Origin: Octopus sinensis
Lineage: Eukaryota
Reading direction: 5' to 3'
NCBI RefSeq assembly: GCF_006345805.1
Contig: NC_043000.1
Span: forward strand, 46,004,001-46,068,000
Length of the DNA: 64,000 bases
Made by a program: the position numbers and the translations under genes. Numbering within the stretch: the stretch's first letter is position 1; the number at the start of each line of letters is the position of its first letter. Of the stretch, positions 26,130 through 39,030 are shown piece by piece. The notes under the pieces were generated by a model. The model ran no database searches and was not told where the DNA came from. It saw only the letters and a list, made by a program, of their open reading frames with translations.

Positions 26130-27440
26130 TAGAGATGTAAGATCCAAGGATCAAGGTGTAGGAAGAAAGTTAGCTTCAAGCAATCTGTAGTAAATATATA
26201 AAAAACAACTTTCAGGGACAGTAGTGGTTTATTGAGATGGAAGGTTGTGGACTTATTTGTACTGAAGTATGATAAACTGAAAACAGTTCTTTTTATATTT
26301 CAAGGTAGGCGACCAGGGTTGTTGGGTGTGCAAATAAGATTAAAAGAATTATGGAATAGGGTAGATAAGATTTGGACTGCATATGATCCATAGCAAGCAG
26401 AACTGCAGAAGTGGTAAATACCCAGGTGAGGTGTATATTGCAGGCTGCTAATCAGGTTGAGGATATTTTGATTAGAAGGTAGAGATGTTAGCACACTGGG
26501 CAAAATGCTTAGCGGTATTTTGTCTGTCGCTTTGTTCTGAGTTCAAATTCCACCAAGGTTGACTTTGCCTTTCATCCTTTTGGGGTCGATTAAACAAGTA
26601 CCAGTTACACACTGGGGCCAATGTAATTGACTTAATCCCTTTGTCTGTCTTTAATTGTCCCCTTTTTGTTTAGCCCCTTGTGGGCAATAAAGAAATAGAT
26701 ATTTTGATTAGAAAAATATAATGCTGCTCCCAGTCATCCCTTTCTGTTTCCTATAGAAAGCTACCAGTGTAGATGAGGATACCACTGTACTTTGTGGCAT
26801 TCATTGGTACAATACAACAACCCATTAACCCTTCTTTCCATTCCTCCAGCTACCACACTCGGTGCTCACTCCCATATAGTAGCCTGTGTATCTATGACAA
26901 TATTGGACTGCTTGTGCCCACTTCACTTTACCTTCATCCTCCTGGCCTGTACTGCCTGTTATCAGCCTTTTTCACTTTGACTGCATGGGGAATTTCAACC
27001 ATGTTTTGTGGTCTGCTACCACAAAAGTTCCTTTATAGGATCCAGTTAGCTGAAGACATCATCAGGAGGAACCATGTCTTGTTTCGACCCCTACTCCTCT
27101 ACCGTTTCAGAGGTGTCTTCAGCTCTGGTGTTGGGTGGATTTCTTCTTTCTTCTGTTCCCTGGCCTCTTCGATGTAGCGTCAACAAGTGTCAGTGGGCAA
27201 ATAACTGTCTTGTCAAATTTTTTTCCCTTTAAATACCTGCTGATAGGCTCCAGCAGGCAGCCCCAGCAAGTTGTCATGTGACACTGTCTCAACTTTAACT
27301 GACCAATGAAAGCACATAGTCTTAGCCCAGACCGTCACCTGTCAATCAGCGAAGCTAATTCAGTTTCAGCTTGTCTCACCTAGTGATGATATTATCCACC
27401 TGCATGTTATGACTTTGAAGCCACCTTTGGTTGTGGGTAG
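26130..27440 (-). mobile_element. Degenerate retroelement-like ORF remnant and putative 5' region
   Basis: Codon-like, stop-riddled minus-strand reading; CCAAT- and E-box-like motifs at 27270-27350; interrupted by a SINE with TSD. Family not recognised. Confidence 0.3.
26478..26697 (+). mobile_element. SINE A, slightly 5'-truncated, with 16-bp TSD
   Basis: TSD GATATTTTGATTAGAA at 26462-26477 and 26698-26713. Confidence 0.9.
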
Positions 27441-27454
27441 TAATGACTGAAATA

Positions 27455-27850
27455 AGTAGCTTGTTTACCAACCACATGGTTCCGGGTTCAGTCCCAGTGC
27501 ATGGCATCTTGGGCAAGTGTCTTTTGCTATAGACTCAGGCCGACCAATGCCTTGTGAGTGGATTTGGTAGACGGAAACCGAAAAGAAGCCCGTCATATAT
27601 ATGTATATATATATATATATGCGTGTGTATGTTTGTGTGTCTGTGTTTGTCCCCTTAGCCATTGCTTGACAACCGATGCTGGTGTGTTTACACCCCCGTC
27701 ACCTAGCGGTTCGGCAAAAGAAACCGATAGAATAAGTACTGGGCTTACAAAGAATAAGTCCCGGGGTCGATTTGCTCGACTAAAGTCGGTGCTCCAGCAT
27801 GGTCGCAGTCAAATGACTGAAACAAGTAAAAGAGTAAAAGAGTAAAGAGT
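27455..27850 (+). mobile_element. SINE B, slightly 5'-truncated, young
   Basis: High similarity to 60282-60705; (GAGTAAAA)n tail. Confidence 0.9.
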
Positions 27851-28609
27851 ATTGATAAGTGTGTATGTATGTGTGTGTATATGTGTGTAAATACATATAT
27901 ACACACATATGTTTGGATGTCTGTTTCTACTATGTATGTATGTGTGTGCCTGTAAGTATGTATGTATACATATATATGTACATGTAATTCATGATTGTGT
28001 TATGATTGTTTATTTGCACTGAATACACTTTTCAATTTGACTAAAGTGATTAATATGTGAGATTAGAATACACAACATTTAATGTTTGTTTACACATAAA
28101 AAAAATAATTAGTAAAATATTAAAGACAAGTGCTGAATTTTTACTCTTTTCTCACATGTTAGCCGCTCCCCTCTGTTTAGCTTTTACTCTTGGGATGAAC
28201 ATTTATTGAAAAAATTTCACTGTGATCTTTATGTTTCTTTATATCCTATCAACTTTGCAATGTGATATTTCTTTTTACTTCTTCACTTCTTATAATACTC
28301 TAATAGACTTTTATACTATTTTACTTTTATGCTATTTTACTTTTCTTCTGAACACAGTGTGTTTTTATGCTTTTCTAAAAATAAAAAAAAACTGGGGTGA
28401 AAAGATATGAAAATTATTTACTGATAGTTCATGTGATCAAATCCTATTCCAATGATAGCATGATATTCTTCGGCAAGGTTCCTTCGTAATCCTTATCTTC
28501 GCTGTCATTTCATGTATCACTACCATCGCTCCTAACATCCAAATACCAGTGAATTTACTAGATTGATAGCTGAAATGTCTACTATCTAAGAAATTAGAGA
28601 GACCAGAGT

Positions 28610-28822
28610 TGTCTTTTAGTTTTTTACTTGTTTCAGTCATGTTGGGGCACCACCTTCAATTTTTAGCCGAATGAATAGATCTTAGTACTTACTTTTTAAA
28701 CCTAGCACTTATTTTGTTGGTCTTTTTTGCTGAACCACTAAATTAAGGAGATGCAAACACAACAACACCGGTTGTCAAGTGGTGGTCATGGGACAAACAC
28801 AGACAGAAAGATACACACACGA
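28610..28822 (-). mobile_element. SINE B 3' half
   Basis: 'ttttacttgtttcagtca' tail complement through to the central microsatellite. Confidence 0.7.
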
Positions 28823-29245
28823 AGGTGGTGAGCTGGTAGAAACGTTAGCACGCCGGGTGAAAAGCTTAGCAGTATTTCGTCTGCCGCTACATTCTGATTT
28901 CAAATTCCACCAAGGTCGACTTTGCCTTTCATCCTTTCGGGGTCGATAAATTAAGTACCAGTTATGCATTGGAGTCGATGTAATCGACTTAATCCCTTTG
29001 TCTGTCCTTGTTTGTCCTCTCTGTGTTTAGCCCCTTGTGGGTAGTGAAGAAACAGGTATTTTGTCTGCTGCTACATTCTGAGTTCAAATTCTGCCAAGGT
29101 CGACTTTGCCTTTCATCCTTTCGGGGTCGATAAATTAAATTAAGTACCAATTACGCACTGAGGTCGATGTAATCAACTTAACCACTTTGTCTGTCCTTGT
29201 TTGTCCTCTCTATGTTTAGCCCCTTGTGGGCAATAAAAAATAAGA
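28823..29245 (+). mobile_element. SINE A dimer (full copy plus headless copy)
   Basis: Second unit begins at 'ggtattttgtctgc' (~29056), the same breakpoint as the dimer at 4094-4510. Confidence 0.85.
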
Positions 29246-29357
29246 AAAATGCATGCACACACACACACATACACACACATATAAAGACAGGTATTCTCCA
29301 TATAGAATACACTTCATAGTGCTCAAGAGATTTAAACTTGAGTAGGTAGAGGAACAG

Positions 29358-29635
29358 ATGTAAGGACAAGCAAGTTAGACAAGTCGATATACAAAAAATA
29401 TTAAATATATTTAATACAAAAAAATGTACATATGTTTACATATAAAAAGGTCCAACTTACACAAAATAGAAATCATATCAGGAATTAAAGGGGTTGAATA
29501 AGAGTTTTGTAAGTCCAACAGCTGTTTCGGGGGATGGGGGGGGGGATTTCATAGGTAAACATATGTACATTTCTTGTATTAAATGTATTTAATATTTTTT
29601 GTATATCAACTTGCATAACTTGCTTGTCCTTACAT
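29358..29635. mobile_element. MITE-like element with ~80-bp inverted arms
   Basis: 29358-29439 pairs with 29555-29635. Confidence 0.7.
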
Positions 29636-29639
29636 TTAC

Positions 29640-29670
<31 letters not shown>

Positions 29671-29777
29671 TATTGGTAAAAACGGTAAGATAACAAAAGA
29701 AAGAAAAAGACCTCAATATTATGTAAATAGAGGAAATTTATCTATAAACTAATATGTTACAATTACTTAATAGTCAA

Positions 29778-29838
29778 GATAAAACTCTGAGTTTCAGATG
29801 CCGAAGTGGAAATTCACAACACCATCTCTTCGGTTATC
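29778..29838 (-). ncRNA. Degenerate type-I hammerhead-like motif
   Basis: Minus strand: GATAA-CCGAAGA-GATG...CATC-T-GAAA-CTCAGAG-TT-TTATC; U4>C substitution and one extra U before GAAA. Confidence 0.45.
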
Positions 29839-29999
29839 TGGCCATCTGAAAAAACGTATATATATACAAACTCATACACACACACATGCGTACTGTAAAA
29901 GTTCATGCATACATCTATATATGCACAAGCACAAGAAAAACCATGGTTAAAGGTAACATAAAAAAACATAAGGAAGTATACAAAGCATATATATATATA

Positions 30000-30150
30000 T
30001 ATATATATATACGATGAGCTTTCAGTTTCCATCTACCATATCCACTCACAAGGCTTGGTCGGCCTGTGGCTAGAGTATAAACCATTTGCCAATGGTGCCA
30101 TGCAGTGGTACTGAGTCCAGAACAATGTAGTTAGAAGCTTGTTCCCACAC
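30000..30150 (-). mobile_element. SINE B 5' half
   Basis: 'tccactcacaaggcttggtcggcctg' matches family B. Confidence 0.7.
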
Positions 30151-30559
30151 AGCATTGCCTCAAATTTTTTAATCATTAGCGCAAAACTCAAAATTAAAAT
30201 GGTGTCTTTTTTATTCATTTTCGAAATATACAGCTAGAAGTTTTGGCATAAGTTGTGTGAGCTATTTGTTATGCACAAAGAAAATTCATATAGAAGAAAA
30301 ATGAATTTCAGTAGAAATATATAGCACTCCCAGTTAATTAGCAGCACTTTCAGACATTGCTAACTGCATTCAAATATTGGCATCACATTCTAAGACAAAA
30401 TTTTCCTATTGTTTTCATTTAAAATATTCATTAATATTAAACTAAATATTTTTTCTGCAATAAATTTTACAACTCCTACTGATTAATATCATGAAGAATA
30501 AATATAAAATTAGATGTATGGATGATATTGTGTGCCGCACTTCCTTTAAATGGTAAAGA

Positions 30560-30780
30560 TTTCTAATGATCGTTTCTACTAAAGACACAAGGCCTGACAT
30601 TTTGGGGGAGGGGGCCAGTTGACTAAGTTGACCTCAGTATGTAACTAGTACTTAATTTATCAACCATGAAAGAATGAAAGGCAAAGTTGACCTCAGTGAA
30701 ATTTGAACTCAGAATGTAAGGACAGGCAAAATGCTACATTTTGCCCAGTATGCTAGCAATTCTGCCAGCTGGCCACCTGG
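30560..30780 (-). mobile_element. SINE A variant
   Basis: 'aatttgaactcagaatgt...ttctgccagctggccacc'. Confidence 0.75.
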
Positions 30781-30943
30781 AAGATTTCTAGTATTAAGCA
30801 CAAAGTCACAAATTTTGAAAAGGGCTGTCGGTTATATCAACTTCAGTGCTATTTCATAGATCTTGGATAGATAAAAGACATAGTTATCCTTGAAGTGATT
30901 TGAACTCAGAATGTAAAAGATTGTAATTAATTATTGCAAGACA

Positions 30944-31384
30944 TCTCTCTATATATAAACGGTAGTTTGTCTGTCTGTGTGTCTGTGTGTCTGTCAGGTT
31001 GTACCCTCACCCTGACCACGGCTTTCAACCGATTCTGATGAAACTTGACACACACATAGCCCAATGTCATAATTCAAAACTAACGCAGCTAAAATTTTGA
31101 AAAGTTTCCCCAGTTCTGAAAAAGATCGATAAATTCGACATGGGGTCGAGAATCTAAGCTTTTTATATGCAACACATTTTCTGTCTAGGGGACACAACTC
31201 GACCTTTTTATCGCCCAAAAGGATAGCTAGGAACATCGTATAACACAGAAGTATTCGAGTGAAGAGAAGACATTGCAACCTACACATGCGCCTTCATTCC
31301 CTAGAGGGAAAGGACTAGATTGGGATTAGTCGTTGCCTACTAGGGGCTCTTACATACCCGGGAAACGCCGGGCTATGCTGCTAG
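30944..31384 (+). mobile_element. Non-autonomous Helitron (same family as 6800-7191)
   Basis: A|TC...cccgggaaacgccggg...CTAG|T; carries a ~45-bp internal segment absent from the other copy. Confidence 0.88.
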
Positions 31385-33944
31385 TTTTTTCTAAAATGCA
31401 CTGCCCTTTATTTTCATTGAATAAGTTATTTTGAATGGAAAATCTAATAGTTAAAGTAACTGTTTTTTTAAAAAAATGCTTCAGTAATTGGGGGAAATGA
31501 GGACGTGAATAATGGTGATTAAAAAACAAAGAAATCTAAGTGATGATAGTGGATTGGGCTTATTAATAGTGGTAGTACCAGTGTTTTGAACCTACTAAGT
31601 TCAGCCAGAAAGTTATGAGACAAAGTTTCATATAATTTCAGCCAGAAAGCTTTTATATGTGTAAGAATATGTATTTTTACAATAAATCAATATTGAAATA
31701 ATTTCTCAATGTAATGGCAAAGTTACAACAAACAAAAGTTATGTAACATGAAATTTGGCAATATTTGTAATGAGTAGCAGTAACAGAAAGCACACAATGG
31801 TAATTATTGTGTTTCAGCGTTTTGCCTTGAAATGAATGATACTGTCATCAAAATTCAGGTTGTCTATTTGTGGAAATAGTACCAAAAGTTGTCCAGTTTG
31901 TTGAGTACCATAGATTCCACCAATAAGACTTGATTATTCACAGCTTGAAAAAAGTTTGTCCTTTGACTCACTGCTTCAAATTGGTGTCATGCTTGAGAGC
32001 AATTTAAAGCAATGTTAACATATTCCTGTAACTTGATTTCTAAATTCAAAATGTATGACTTCCACTTGAAATAGTTTTTCACTGTAACACTCTGCCTGTA
32101 GATCATCGAAATTCGGTCAATATGTCTCTGCCATAAATTTAAAGCTATCAATGTTTGAGAAACCAAACACTTTGTAAACTGTGGGATGATGTCAGCAACT
32201 GGGGAGCTGACCGGAACTTGGGGCTGACCAGAAGAGGCAGCAGTGATGCGCGCGCAGGTAGGGCAGGATTCTGCCTTTTCGATTGACGTCGCCGAGCGAG
32301 TAAGATGGGCCAGCATGTTGTTACGGTTGGGAGAAGCAGCTGCTATTTCTAGCGTTCGGGTCGGGCTGTGTTGAAGGATCCATTACCGTTGAAGGGTCTC
32401 CATCTGAGCTAAGAGAAGGTAGGTGTCTTTATTTCAAATCTCTCGCATACCCCACATACACCAAAATGGAAAGCCACTGTGTGGTATTAATCATTTATCT
32501 ACAGAAAAATGGTATTGAAAAATCTCTGGACAAATTGAATCCAAAGCAGGAATGAAGGTCTTATGACAAAAATTGGTTGGAGGATCTCTATTTGTTGTCA
32601 ACCAGCTTCCTACGACCTCTCAGACCATCACATCCACCAAATGTGACAGTTTGTTTCACTGTTTTGGCTTCCTCCAAACTTGCTGGTCACCCTTGCTTCT
32701 TGCCTATTTGATCACAGGCCACACGACTCTGACATTCAGCTTGTTTCAGTTGGTGTAGTAATCCCCAACATAACTGGATATTGATTCACTTTCTGCTTTT
32801 ATAACTAGGAAAGAGGTAATTAGCCAAGACAGCACTATAGCCAGTGGCTTGATTCATAGCAGAATTTGTTCAATGAGGATGAGATAAGAATAAACGTTTG
32901 CCGAGAAAATTAATAAAAGACATTTACTCTCAAATGTGTCATGTGTAATATGGTATCCTCAGTGAAATACAATGGTATCCAGTATGAATGGAACTAAACA
33001 ACTCACAGCATAACATGAAGCATGCTGACAGCTCTAACTAATGTTGAAGAAACCTTTCAGTTCCATTGGCTTCAAGACACCATTTTGTTCCTGCAATTAT
33101 ATGAGATACTGATGTAAAGTAAACCAAACCGTGATCAAATAGAATTGCAAAAGTATTGTGACTTATTCTCTCACTATGGTAATAGAGGGTAAATGGAACA
33201 ACAGAATGCAGCTGTTCTTAAAAACCAGTGATTTCTTCTACTTATTAATGAGGTATCCTTGGAGCATTGAGTGATATATAACTAAGAATTAACAATAATA
33301 CAGTTCCATACTGGCAATATGTGCTGCAGAAGCATTATAGCAAGTAGTTCAAATGCTATAACCAATAATACATTCTTGTCAAAAAGGCAGTACAGATGAA
33401 GTGAGAGCTGTTTAGTGTACAGAATGTCTTTGTTTCACTCTTTGAACTCATTCATTTTTTATTACTAATGCCATGAAAAAAGATAGAAAATCTTGTTCTG
33501 AATATTGGGACATGAACGTTTTTGCAATTTGAATACTCTCTATTATAAATTTTTTTTTCTTTTTGATAATATTTTCATTCTTTGATATTAGATACAATAT
33601 TTCTAACATGTTACCATCCATTTACTTGTCATGTTCATATACTCATTGGGAATTCTTCTGTATCACTGTTAATCATAAACCAGATACAAAAACAGATAAA
33701 TAGTGACTGTTTTTACAAACTTGCTGGCCATGAGTGTTGTTAGTTGTTGATCACAGAATAGCAGAGAGATGTTCCTTTTAAAACATTTTGATAATTCCTC
33801 CATACAGAAGCAGCTGTGATTATAAAATCCAGACCACGTGTATAAAACCAAAGTATACTTATATTCTCATAATGCTTCCAATCAAGAAACCATTCCTTAC
33901 TGAATACCTCATTATTGCTGATTTTGAATTACCTGGAAAACAAT

Positions 33945-34370
33945 AGTTTCAAATTTTGGTACAATGCCTGTAATTTTGTGGGAGGGGCTGAGTTGATAAC
34001 ATTGATCTCAGTATTCAACTGTTTCTTATTTTACCGACCCTGAAATGAAAGGCAATTTCGACTCCAGTGGCATTTGAACTCAGAATATACAGACGGATGA
34101 AATGTCGCTAAGCATTTTGCCCAGAGTGCTAAGGATTCTGCTAGTTCACTAACTTGATTATCTGGAAAATATTGATTTCAAATTTTGGCACAAGGCCAGC
34201 AATTACATCGACCTCCAATACTCAGCTAGTACTTATTTCATCGGCCCCACCAAATGGACGAAACACAAAATTGACATTGGTGGGATTTGAACTTAGAATG
34301 TGCTGGCAGATAAATTACTGCTAAGCATTTTGTCAAGCATACTAAGCATTCTACCAGCTCACTGCCTTGA
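33945..34370 (-). mobile_element. Two old SINE A variants in tandem
   Basis: Two 'tttgaact..gaat' B-box complements and two 'ctaagcattt' motifs. Confidence 0.7.
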
Positions 34371-35067
34371 TTTTCCTGAAAATGTTGACAACAAAAAGAC
34401 TATACTGCATTTTCTGATATGTTGTTATCGATCATAGATTGAATTTATAAATTTCTGGTGTGAAACTGCAATGATTTAAGCCAATGTCATGAAAATTTCC
34501 TGAACTATAGTTTAGAGGCTCCATTGCTTTAGTTGTCTGTTGGATGAGGACACAACATGAATTTAAAACACAAAGAGCTGGAGCAAATAACTGAATGATA
34601 TTTTATTTAATCCAGCATTTTAACAACTTTACTAATTCAATGCCACCCAAAATAATTATTGAAATTGATAATTATGTAATAATTAAAGTGATAATTAAAA
34701 TCAAGAGCTCAGTTTTAAAGGTATTAAAAAAAGACAATAAATGAATACTTTTGTCTTCTGACATCAGATTTTATCTGATTAACACATTTAACAATCAACT
34801 TTCCTGAGACCATGCTCATATCGAAATCATAAACCTACCAGTGTATAAGAGAAAATGAGGGTGCTCTGCATGGTCATTTGATCTGCCAGAAATAGCAGCC
34901 AAATCTCCTTCAAATCATAGCCCACCATCTTAGAAAATGTACTCTTAGATCCTTTATCCGTAGTGAGAAGATAAAATGATCAAAGCTGGAATGCTTTTAA
35001 TTAGAGGTCTGCCTGATTAGGGCTGACCTAACACTAAACAACTGCAACCTCATTCTAATATATAAAA

Positions 35068-35290
35068 TTGCCAAAGGGTGGCAAGATGGCAGAATTGTTA
35101 GCAAGCCGGGCAAAATGCTTAGCAGCAATTTGTCTCTCTCTACATTTTGAGTTCAAATTTCATTGCAGTCAACTTTACCTTTCATCATTTCTGGATCTAT
35201 TAAATAAGTACCAGTTGAACACTGGGGTTGATGTAAATGATTTATCCTCTCTCTGAAATTGCTGGCTTTGTGCCATATTTTGAAACCATT
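35068..35290 (+). mobile_element. Old SINE A variant
   Basis: 'atggcagaattgttagca...gagttcaaatt...aataagtaccag'. Confidence 0.75.
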
Positions 35291-35364
35291 ATATAAAGTT
35301 ACAAAAAAAGTAACAAAATGAGAGTATCAATAGTATGCGAGGCAATTTTTAAATTATTTTGTTA

Positions 35365-35712
35365 TGTGGCCATTTCCAGCGCCACCCCGACTGGCCTCCA
35401 TGCTGGTGGCATGTAAAAAGCACCATACGATTGTGGCTGTTGCCAGCCTTGTCTGGCCCCTGTGCTGGTGGCACGTAAAAAGCACCATCCGATCATGGCC
35501 GTTTGCCAGCCTCGTCTGGCACCTGTGCAGGTGGCACGTAAAAAGCACCCACTACACTCACGGAGTGGTTGGCATTAGGAAGGGCATCCAGCTGTAGAAA
35601 CACTGCCAGATCAGACTGGGCCTGGTGCAGCCTACTGGCTCTCCAGACCCCAGTTGAACCCTCCATCACATGCTAGCATGGAAAACGGACGTTAAACGAT
35701 GATGATGATGAT
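35365..35712 (+). mobile_element. 5'-truncated RTE 3' UTR with (GAT)n tail
   Basis: Matches 55090-55414. Confidence 0.88.
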
Positions 35713-35714
35713 AC

Positions 35715-36125
35715 TAAAGCCTATTCCTCATTTTTTAGAAGTGGGTAGCCACAACAAGACACATTTCTCAGCTCAAAGAGATAAGCCTCGTTTTATGCTC
35801 GGGTCAAGGCATAGAACACAACCCCCAGTATCAGCATCAGGCCTGACATTATATGCTGGTTTACACCCACTGTATCATGCTGGTTGCCCCTTTGAGCAAC
35901 ATCAAATTCACTCGTCCATGAACACCCTCCAAGCTTTCCTATCATTTATAAACTCTCTTGCTTCTCTCACTCCAACACCCCTAACCACCAAAGTTATGCT
36001 GTCCATCCACACAAAACAAGGTCTGCCTCTGGTTCAGCTGTCTACCACTTCTGCCTTTATCATCCTTCTTACCATCCTCTCCTTATCCATCCTCTTCATG
36101 TGATCAAACCACATCAACATTCATC
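35715..36125 (-). mobile_element. 3' end of a second RTE-like LINE family
   Basis: Minus strand reads LMWFDHMKRMDKERMVRRM...TRGRPCFVWMD...DRKAWR, the typical RTE C-terminal WFGHV.RM...RGRP...W...DR..WR motif. Confidence 0.7.
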
Positions 36126-36639
36126 TATCCATTTTAGTTGTTAGGTTTTCTCTCATCCCTACTCGCCTTCGCACCTCCTCGTTCCTCACCCTATCCATCC
36201 ATGTCACACCAACCACAGCCCTCTGACATCTCATCTCAAACACATCTACTAGTTACCTCTTTTCCACTTCTCTCAACCCCAATGTCTCTGCACCATATAA
36301 CATTGTCAGCACAACCATACCCTCATACACACCTATTTTCACTTTCATACTCAACCTTTTTTCACAACTCCAAGTACCTTACTGAGGTAAAATACTCATC
36401 CATCTTTATATTCCAAGTTAAAATTCCGCTGTGAATGAAAATTGACTTTGCCATTCATCCACCACCCCAAAGTTGCTGGCCTTGTACCAAAATTTGAAAC
36501 CAATATGTAAAATTACAATAAAGTTATAGATAATTTACTAAGTCACCAAGCAATCTTTATTATACAGAAAATTAAATGAGACCTTTAGGTTCTCAAGAGA
36601 TTCCAAATATATTTATCTGATACTTCATATGTAAGCACG

Positions 36640-36800
36640 TATGTATGAGTTGTATGGCTGTGTGATAAAAAGCTTGCTTCTCAACCACATGGATCTAGGT
36701 TCAATCCCTCTGTGTGGTACATTAGGCAAGTATGTTCTATTATAGCCACAGGTTGACCAAAGCTTTGTGAGTGAATCTGGTAGACAGAAACTGAGAGAAG
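36640..36800 (+). mobile_element. SINE B 5' half
   Basis: Head plus 'gtgagtgaatctggtagacagaaactgagagaagcc'. Confidence 0.75.
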
Positions 36801-37200
36801 CCTGCCATACCCCCACACTCTCATCCCAACCCACACCCACCTTTATACCCCACCCTTGCATCTCCCACTCCTGCATCCCCCACCCTCGTATCTCTCACAC
36901 CCCAACATCACCACACACCACCACACACACACCACCACACAACACAGCACCACACCACAACACAACATACCACACATCACCACACCATCACACCACAACA
37001 AAACACACACCACACATCACCACACCACACACCACTACATCACACCACGCCACATCACACCACTCCACACACACTAGTACTGACCACCTTCCAACACCCG
37101 CACCATCATCCACACACCTACACATGCACATACCCCCACGTCAAGGTCACCAGCCCCTATCTACATGCAAACACATGCTCTCACATACACATGCACAAAC
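36800..37200. repeat. Degenerate (CCACA)-rich low-complexity tract
   Basis: Directly visible; source of the T/H-rich ORFs. Confidence 0.85.
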
Positions 37201-37249
37201 ACCTTCATTTTGGAATGACCACTACATTATTGTCTCCCCTTCTTCCTAG

Positions 37250-37460
37250 CTCTCCTGTCCGACCACCTCTGTTCAGCCATCACCATGATTGACTGATAGC
37301 CACTAAAGCTTCTTTCATTCTCTCTCTGTTTATCTTCTCGTCTTCCTTTCTGCTGAAGAGCGTAGGCTCAAAACATAAAAGATTTTCTCACCTTCCTGAG
37401 CATTAAACTAATACAACTGCTTATTGTTTACACACTTGTCTCCATTTTTTGTTTTTTTGC
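37250..37460 (+). mobile_element. Short repeat with hammerhead relic (Penelope pLTR-like); second copy at 59095-59290
   Basis: CTTT-CTGCTGA-A-GAGC-GTAG-GCTC-AAAA-CATA-AAAG at 37346-37381. Confidence 0.5.
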
Positions 37461-37464
37461 AAAT

Positions 37465-37673
37465 TCCAACTATATATATATATATATATAAATATATATA
37501 TAAATATATATATGTATGTATACACACACGCGCAAACATACACGTGTATACATGTATATATATATATTTATGCATGTGTATCCTTGTGGATGGGTTTATG
37601 ACTGAAACAAGTAAAAGAATATAAGAATAAAATAATATGCATGAATCTATATACATACATACATATATATACT

Positions 37674-37705
<32 letters not shown>

Positions 37706-37708
37706 CCT

Positions 37709-37758
<50 letters not shown>

Positions 37759-37789
37759 GTATATATATATGTGTATATATGTGTGTATC

Positions 37790-37855
<66 letters not shown>

Positions 37856-37900
37856 CACACACACACACATGTACACACACAAATCACACACACACACAGA
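37465..37900. repeat. (TA)/(CA) microsatellite cluster with SINE B tail fragment
   Basis: Directly visible. Confidence 0.9.
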
Positions 37901-38645
37901 TATAGATATAACAATAAATGTTGCTGAGAGGGTGAAGAAAGTAATTTATGGGAAAACATATAAAGACACAAGAGAAACAAATAGAAAAACACTCAAACCA
38001 CTTGTCAGTTGTTGACCAGTTATCATCGCAATTTCAACATCTTCTGACAATATTATTCAATCTGGTGATACCAACAATATGGTAGCAGGCAAGGTATAGA
38101 TAAGAGAATGTGTGAAATGAACAAGGGAATAAAAAAAAAATAAATATACAAAATTAGATGAGGTCGGTAATAGGAAAAATATATTCGGTTTTCTGACAGA
38201 ACAGTAGTTTAAAATAAATTGTGAGAATGGAGAAAAACACAAAATGAAACACACACACACACACACACACAGTGGCCCAGCAACAAAATTTGTTAAGGGG
38301 GTGCAAACCCAGGTCCTAATTTTTTAATGAAAAATGTGGATTTTTCCAATGTTAACATTAAAACAAATGCAGGTATAATAATAATTTTTATTATTATGAG
38401 GGTCAGCTGAAATATTCATAACCTGAGCAAGACACTCTCAATGGAATGTGACCAAATGAAGTTCATTTTCTAACATAGTTCCTCTTACTGTCCACACACT
38501 TCCATTAGTAGTTGCAGTGCTTGGATCACACTGGTGAAGAAGCTTTTCTGTTGATCAAAATGGTCATCAACAACAGATACGGTGTTCTCATCATGGTGAT
38601 ATTGATACTCAGCTGAGTGTTTTTCTGTTTTTCTATCTGTCCGTC

Positions 38646-38686
<41 letters not shown>

Positions 38687-38759
38687 TATATATATGTAGT
38701 TCGTGGAGGAGGGAGCTGTCTTGCCAAAGCGCCAGATTAATCCATAGCTATTGAAGTGT

Positions 38760-39030
38760 ATATTCCTCGCCCTAGATGTGCAAGCTGGCACTTTTGGAAC
38801 GGAGATGTAATCTCCATTTGTAGGTGTGGTATAACTCAATCGCAAATTATGGTGCCAGACTCTTCAGTATCTACCATTCATATATCACTGTGTATGCCTC
38901 ACATCTTTGCTCCAGGAAGTACAGTCGTACCTACTTTACTCTCTCCCAGTAGCTCAGCAATGTTCCTCGTATACAATCTCTGAACTACCTGCAGTTCAGC
39001 AACTTTTCCAAAGGTGAAAAAGCCATAGTT
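38760..39030 (-). pseudogene. Possible degenerate SGNH-esterase ORF1 remnant of a CR1/L2-type LINE
   Basis: With frameshifts the minus strand gives VV-RDC-IR...VLPGAKM...H..TNGD, resembling GDS...PGAK...HVGTND; weak. Confidence 0.3.

Noticed and set aside
31780-32860. piggyBac or hAT transposase remnant (DDSIIHFKAKR and G*P motifs)
   Set aside because: Motifs are weak and in the wrong N-to-C order; no TIRs found.
36767-37249. 160-aa Thr/His/Pro-rich ORF as a mucin-like exon
   Set aside because: Starts inside a SINE and runs through a (CCACA) low-complexity tract.
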